DNA from: Candidatus Scatosoma sp.
GTDB lineage: Bacteria; Bacillota; Clostridia; Christensenellales; Borkfalkiaceae
Assembly: GCA_045577595.1 (NCBI GenBank)
Contig: JAZNIR010000135.1
Location: forward strand, 1 to 37,869
DNA length: 37,869 nucleotides
Reading direction: 5' to 3'
Positions 33,322 to 37,869 of this stretch are shown here, piece after piece (positions within the stretch are counted from its first letter, which is position 1; each line of letters opens with the position of its first letter). The translations under genes and the position numbers were made by a program. The notes beneath the pieces are model-generated. The model had not been told where the DNA came from. It ran no database searches and worked only from the letters and a program-made list of their open reading frames with translations.

Positions 33322-36300
33322 ATGGGAATTATTAAATTAAAGAATGCGAACGATGAGCAAGCGGCGGAAAACGCTGCTTTGGAAGAGCAACAGGCGTATA
33401 AACAGGCTGTTGAGGCACAAGTGAGTGCAGAAGTTCCTCAAGAGGAACATGAACAATGGGATGACCCTGCTGTATTGCATGAGGACGAAACGAGAACGGA
33501 TGAAAACTCTCGACACTACGTTTTAAATAACGGCACGGCTAAGTCTGTGTTTAATGCGGAACCGGTGAGTTTCTTTGACGAAGAGGAAAAGAAATGGAAA
33601 CATATCGACAACTCTTTGGAAGAAAAAGAGGATGCGTTTGAAACTAAAAGCGGTAAGTTTAAAACCCGAATTTCCAAAGTACATAAAGGTAAAAAAGTTG
33701 CAATTTCTAAATCGGACAAGCAACTTTCTTGGGAGTATCTTGGGAAACAGGTTGCTGCCGTTGCAAATGAAAACGTTGAAGACATAGCGGAAACGGTTTT
33801 GAAGGTAAATAACGGTACGCAAGGCGTAGCAAAACATATCAATAGTTCGGCGATTTACGAAAATATTGAGAAGGATACCGACCTTGAATATTGCTTGCTG
33901 GGGAATAACCTTAAAGAAAATATTATCGTTAAAGAAAAATCTGCGGATTATAGATACCTTTTCGCATTGAAAACGGAAGGGTTGAAACTTCGTCTTTCGG
34001 ATGATAACGAAAGCTTGGAACTTTATACCGAAAAGGAAAAGGAAGACGGAACGGTAGAACAAAAGGTAGAGTTCACCATTCCCAGTCCTTATATGTACGA
34101 TGCAAACGGCGTTGCGAGCGACGACGTTTATTATGAGTTGGAGCCGTCTGAAGACGGAAAGTTTGCTTTTGCTGTCGTTGCGAACGAAGAATGGGTGAAT
34201 GCTGCCGATAGAGCGTTCCCCGTTACGATTGACCCGCAAGTTGTGACGAGTCAAAACAATCTTGTCACTAAGCAAACGTATTATAGAGATATCTATTCAA
34301 GTTATGGTTCTGGCTCAGGGTCGGGGACAAGCTATAGTAGTTGGTATACGAGCTCTATTGCGAATATTAAAGTGAGCCGTTCTAATTATAGCGAATATAA
34401 AACAACATTAACGGTAAAGAGAAATTTGTTCGATTTAATAACAGATAATATCTTAAGCGTTAAATTGGTTTTGACACCCAGTAAATCGTTTAGCGGATAT
34501 TTGTATTGCAATGGGGTTTTGACTTATTACAATACGGAAAATGGTAATCTAAAAATAGATATAACAAATAGTTTTAAAAATAATTTAAATAGTTTCAGTG
34601 TAACATTGGAACCGTATACATATACGGATATGCAGTTTTATATGAGTGGTGAAGCTCCTAAAATTGAGATCCAGACCTTGACAGATGAAAATGTACTACC
34701 GTTGAAAAAAACATATTCTTTGGCAGGGACGGTTAATGGTGAATTGAATTTTTCTACAGGGGAAATTGTTAACAGTTATACTGATGTTCCAGGTAGAAAT
34801 ATTTTGTTGGGATTGCCTATTGCGCATATTTATAAAAAACATTCTTCGGATTTTTATGTTGGGAAAAATTTTAGATTAAACTTACACGAACAATTTAAGA
34901 ATAATGATGGAACCTATGAGTATACCGATGCGATGGGAAATGTTTACGGTTTCAAGGAATATCATTATTGTTTCGATGATAATGGAAACAAGAATTATAT
35001 TCTTGCGTCCAAAGATGAAATTACCATTGAAACAGATGGTAGATTAACATATAACGGGAAAGAGGTTTTTCTTGAATATAAATCTCTTACAGGATTGAAA
35101 GCGATAACGAATATTGAAGATTATATTCATAGCGAGTTTTTTGAAAATAGAGGTGACGAAGAAAAACAATACGGGGAACAATGTGAAAATTATAAGGCAA
35201 GCTTGTGTAATTATGTTGCCGTTTCGTATGATGGAAGTTGTAAGGCATATTTGAGTGACTATATTTCAACCAATAAAGCGTTTCAGCAATTTCTTAATGA
35301 TACAAAATATTATTATCTAATGACGAAAGCGGAGAAAGATACATATGAAATATTAAATGAGCAATATAAAAACCCTACAGATTCTTCTGGGCAAAATATT
35401 ATCTCTATGCAAATGACAGACATTAGGAATAAGTCTGCGGATTATATTTCTCAAATTAAAAGGACGTATAAAGAATATGCAAATATCAAAGAGACATTCA
35501 ATCAATGTCAATTGCAGTCTCCTATAAATTTCTTGACCAATGAGAAGATTATTAAAGGGTACAATAAATACGGTCAGCTTGTTAATGTATATGATAGATA
35601 TGGGAACTATGTTGTAATTGAATACGAGAGATATGATGTCCATAATTTGGATAAAGTTAGAATAAAACAAATTTATGATAATCAAAAGAATCTTATTGTT
35701 TTTTCATACAATCTTAATGAGAAATTATCTAGTATTTTAGATGTCAATGGACGCAAGATTAATTATATATACAATGACGACGGGTGGTTGCTTGAAATCA
35801 ACGATGATAATGGTATACAATTAGTATTTGGCTATGATTCAAATGGTAACATTAATCTTATTACAGAAAAGAAGAAACAATTGAGAAGTACATTGTCGCA
35901 GACGAGTAATACGCTTTCGATTTTAAATGAATCTTTAGTGGATACTGTAAAGCTTGATGAAATGGTTACTGATGAATCTACTGATTCAGGTGCTTTATCT
36001 AAATATGATTTCGTGTTTACAAGAAATGGCTATCAAGAAATCGATAATGTTTTAGTGACATCAAAAACGTGTCGCGAAAAGTATATCTTCAATTTAAATA
36101 AAAGCCTTTCTGGATATTATATTGAAGAAAATGGTGTGGTTGTAAAAGCAGAACAATACGATTATCAAAGTTATTGGAATGGGAATATGCCACAAGATAA
36201 TCCTCGAAGTGTTACTAAAAAGGCCGCTGCATCTTCTTTATGTAAAGTTGGAATCGAAAGTTATACCTTTGTTGTTGGTGATACAGAAACGACAATTATC

Positions 36301-37869
36301 GACCAATTTAATAATCCAGTAAGCAAGACTACGAGTGCTGTTTTGGTATCCGAATGGACGGATTCTAATGGCGTAGAACAACAGAATAAGCAAACGGCTA
36401 CGGTAAGTTATGTTTATGACGATAATCAAAAGCTTGTTCAAGAAACGATTGTTGTAACGGATAGTAATCCTGCGAAAACCGTTACTTCGTATAAGAAATA
36501 CAATTATAACGCATACGGCGACGTAATTAGAACGGAAAGCTATGTAGAAGGCGAAGAATACACGACGGGTAAAACGATTGAAGAAACCGTTTACGATGAT
36601 AAAGGAAACGTAATCAAATCGTTTACGTATAATTCTTTGGATACGAGTAGCAAGTTCTATACCGAAACGGAATATGATGACAATGGTAAAGTTCTTGCCG
36701 AAATAGACGAAACGGGCGAAAATAAGACGAAATTCGGTTATGTAGACGGAACGAGCACTGTTCGTGAAGAAGTTCTTCCCAACGGCAGTAAATTTGCATA
36801 CGGAAGAGATTATGACGATACGGTTACGGCAATTTCGCAAAGCACGGAAGACGGCGAGGAAAACTCCACGCAAAAAGTGCATCGTTATGGCGCAGTCGTT
36901 GAACTTAAGAGCGGTAATAATAACGTGAAATATGCGTATAACCATAAGCGTAAACTGAAAGCTGTTGAACTTAACGGCGTTGAAGAATACGTAAAATACG
37001 ATTATGTAGAAACGCAAGATAGTTACGGATCTGTAGCAAAAGAAATCATAACTGCAACGTATAAATCTGGCGACGTATTCGTAAGCGAAAAAGACGGTAA
37101 GGGTAATTTGCTGAAATTAACGGCAAATAACGTCGTTCAACTTGAAAATATTTACGATAAAAAAGGTCAACTTAATACGTTGAAAGATAAAGTTACAGGT
37201 AAAAACTACAGGTTTGAACGTGACGAGCTTGATAACGTAACGGCAGTTTACGAAGTAGATAGCAGCGACGTGCAAATTTCCAATGGCTATGGCGAAAGTG
37301 TTATTTACGACGAACTCGGCAGCGTTAAGAAGAAAACGATTGTAGGTCCCGTTTCTCAAGTTTACGATTATACCTATAAAACGAATTCATTGCATACGTT
37401 GGAAAGTATTGCAGTTGGCAACGTGTCGATTAAACCTGAAACTGACGTTCAAGGTAGAAATAAAGGCAAATCTCTTTATATCAACAACGTCAAGGTTGGG
37501 GAAGAAAATATCTCTTACCGTAAAGTTAGCGACCACGCAACAAATATGCCGAGCACGGTTTGGTTTGGGGATAAAACGAACGGTACTTATCAAATCAAAG
37601 ACAGTATTCGATATGCTTACGATGTAATGGGTAATATCGAAAAGGTATATGAAAACGGCGAGCTTGCTATCCGTTATCAATATGACGCACTTAACCGACT
37701 TGTGCGCGAGGATAACAAAACGCTTGACAAGACCTATGTTTTTGTGTATGATAATAATGGCAATATCGTTAAGAGAAGAGAGTTTGTCTTCACGTTAAAA
37801 GACGCTACTTTAATCGAAGAACTTGAGTCTACGGATAAAGTATATATCTATAACGGCGACCAAATGGTA
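33322..37869 (+). CDS. Rhs/YD-repeat family protein, N-terminal 1516 aa (continues beyond window)
   Basis: Not in the ORF track because there is no stop codon in the window. I translated it codon by codon from the ATG at 33322, which has AGGAGG at 33305-33310, and found no stop through 37869. YD repeats run from ~35.56 kb onward (VYDRYGNYVVIEYERYD, YVYDDNQKLV, YNAYGDVIRTESY, VYDDKGNVIKSFTYN, EYDDNGKVLAEIDETGENKTKFGY, YQYDALNRLVRED, FVYDNNGNIVK). Confidence 0.85.
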   Translation, partial: MGIIKLKNANDEQAAENAALEEQQAYKQAVEAQVSAEVPQEEHEQWDDPAVLHEDETRTDENSRHYVLNNGTAKSVFNAEPVSFFDEEEKKWKHIDNSLEEKEDAFETKSGKFKTRISKVHKGKKVAISKSDKQLSWEYLGKQVAAVANENVEDIAETVLKVNNGTQGVAKHINSSAIYENIEKDTDLEYCLLGNNLKENIIVKEKSADYRYLFALKTEGLKLRLSDDNESLELYTEKEKEDGTVEQKVEFTIPSPYMYDANGVASDDVYYELEPSEDGKFAFAVVANEEWVNAADRAFPVTIDPQVVTSQNNLVTKQTYYRDIYSSYGSGSGSGTSYSSWYTSSIANIKVSRSNYSEYKTTLTVKRNLFDLITDNILSVKLVLTPSKSFSGYLYCNGVLTYYNTENGNLKIDITNSFKNNLNSFSVTLEPYTYTDMQFYMSGEAPKIEIQTLTDENVLPLKKTYSLAGTVNGELNFSTGEIVNSYTDVPGRNILLGLPIAHIYKKHSSDFYVGKNFRLNLHEQFKNNDGTYEYTDAMGNVYGFKEYHYCFDDNGNKNYILASKDEITIETDGRLTYNGKEVFLEYKSLTGLKAITNIEDYIHSEFFENRGDEEKQYGEQCENYKASLCNYVAVSYDGSCKAYLSDYISTNKAFQQFLNDTKYYYLMTKAEKDTYEILNEQYKNPTDSSGQNIISMQMTDIRNKSADYISQIKRTYKEYANIKETFNQCQLQSPINFLTNEKIIKGYNKYGQLVNVYDRYGNYVVIEYERYDVHNLDKVRIKQIYDNQKNLIVFSYNLNEKLSSILDVNGRKINYIYNDDGWLLEINDDNGIQLVFGYDSNGNINLITEKKKQLRSTLSQTSNTLSILNESLVDTVKLDEMVTDESTDSGALSKYDFVFTRNGYQEIDNVLVTSKTCREKYIFNLNKSLSGYYIEENGVVVKAEQYDYQSYWNGNMPQDNPRSVTKKAAASSLCKVGIESYTFVVGDTETTIIDQFNNPVSKTTSAVLVSEWTDSNGVEQQNKQTATVSYVYDDNQKLVQETIVVTDSNPAKTVTSYKKYNYNAYGDVIRTESYVEGEEYTTGKTIEETVYDDKGNVIKSFTYNSLDTSSKFYTETEYDDNGKVLAEIDETGENKTKFGYVDGTSTVREEVLPNGSKFAYGRDYDDTVTAISQSTEDGEENSTQKVHRYGAVVELKSGNNNVKYAYNHKRKLKAVELNGVEEYVKYDYVETQDSYGSVAKEIITATYKSGDVFVSEKDGKGNLLKLTANNVVQLENIYDKKGQLNTLKDKVTGKNYRFERDELDNVTAVYEVDSSDVQISNGYGESVIYDELGSVKKKTIVGPVSQVYDYTYKTNSLHTLESIAVGNVSIKPETDVQGRNKGKSLYINNVKVGEENISYRKVSDHATNMPSTVWFGDKTNGTYQIKDSIRYAYDVMGNIEKVYENGELAIRYQYDALNRLVREDNKTLDKTYVFVYDNNGNIVKRREFVFTLKDATLIEELESTDKVYIYNGDQMV

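Larger units (their letters stand above)
24840..37869. other. AT-rich accessory region (putative integrated element or island; only the left junction is visible)
   Basis: Around 24.84 kb there is an abrupt loss of CpG-rich codons and a drop in G+C, and this persists to the window end. No integrase, transposase or terminal repeat is visible in the window. Confidence 0.55.

Noticed and set aside
33523-37680. Minus-strand ORFs inside the Rhs gene (33523-34275, 35353-35685, 36238-37017, 37117-37359 and 37387-37680)
   Set aside because: They are antisense to an uninterrupted 1516-codon YD-repeat frame. Their translations are Phe/Ile/Asn/Arg low-complexity with no start context.
24840-37869. Calling the AT-rich region a defined ICE, transposon or prophage
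   Set aside because: No integrase, recombinase, relaxase, transposase or terminal repeats are visible in the window, and only one boundary can be seen. It is kept as an unclassified accessory region.
1-37869. CRISPR arrays, tRNA or rRNA genes
   Set aside because: Apart from the 23-nt pair at 25322/25371, I noticed no regularly spaced direct repeats, no tRNA-like T-arm/acceptor patterns and no rRNA-like segments on reading both strands. A tRNAscan/Infernal run would be the decisive check.

Overview
The window looks like a Firmicutes/Clostridia-type chromosome with two compositional parts. I did not try to name a taxon.

(1) Core region, about 1-24.8 kb. It is CpG-rich and dominated by acg/gcg/ccg/tcg codons. 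It carries housekeeping genes in conserved synteny:
- A Trp T-box leader in front of a TrpB2-like gene that is cut by the window edge.
- A divergent AraC regulator with a short glycyl-radical enzyme and its activase.
- rpmE, a DUF1385::prmC fusion and prfA.
- prmA, rsmE and mtaB.
- A HIT protein, an M23 peptidase, an aminotransferase, thrC, a DUF5685/J-like/membrane trio and rlmD (rumA).
- A small low-GC islet at 16.4-17.4 kb encoding a lipoprotein.

(2) Accessory region, from about 24.84 kb to the window end. The composition switches inside the last ~110 codons of rlmD to AT-rich DNA. This region appears to be a single + strand operon of 11 tightly packed or overlapping genes:
- An ArpU/RinA-like small regulator, preceded by an unusual direct/inverted/direct repeat leader.
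- A signal-less parallel beta-helix protein and a holin-like membrane protein.
- A divergent thymidylate-kinase-like P-loop kinase and a PF14907-like nucleotidyltransferase.
- A module of BtrH-like protein, ACP, adenylating enzyme, ACP and a second BtrH-like protein.
- A 197-aa orphan.
- A very large Rhs/YD-repeat protein of at least 1516 aa, open to the window edge and absent from the ORF track.

The coupling of carrier-protein acyl-transfer machinery and a phage-type regulator/holin-like pair to a signal-less Rhs toxin is the most interesting candidate for an undescribed system. I saw no rRNA, tRNA, CRISPR array, integrase or transposase. All family assignments rest on motif recognition by eye and need HMM or BLAST confirmation.
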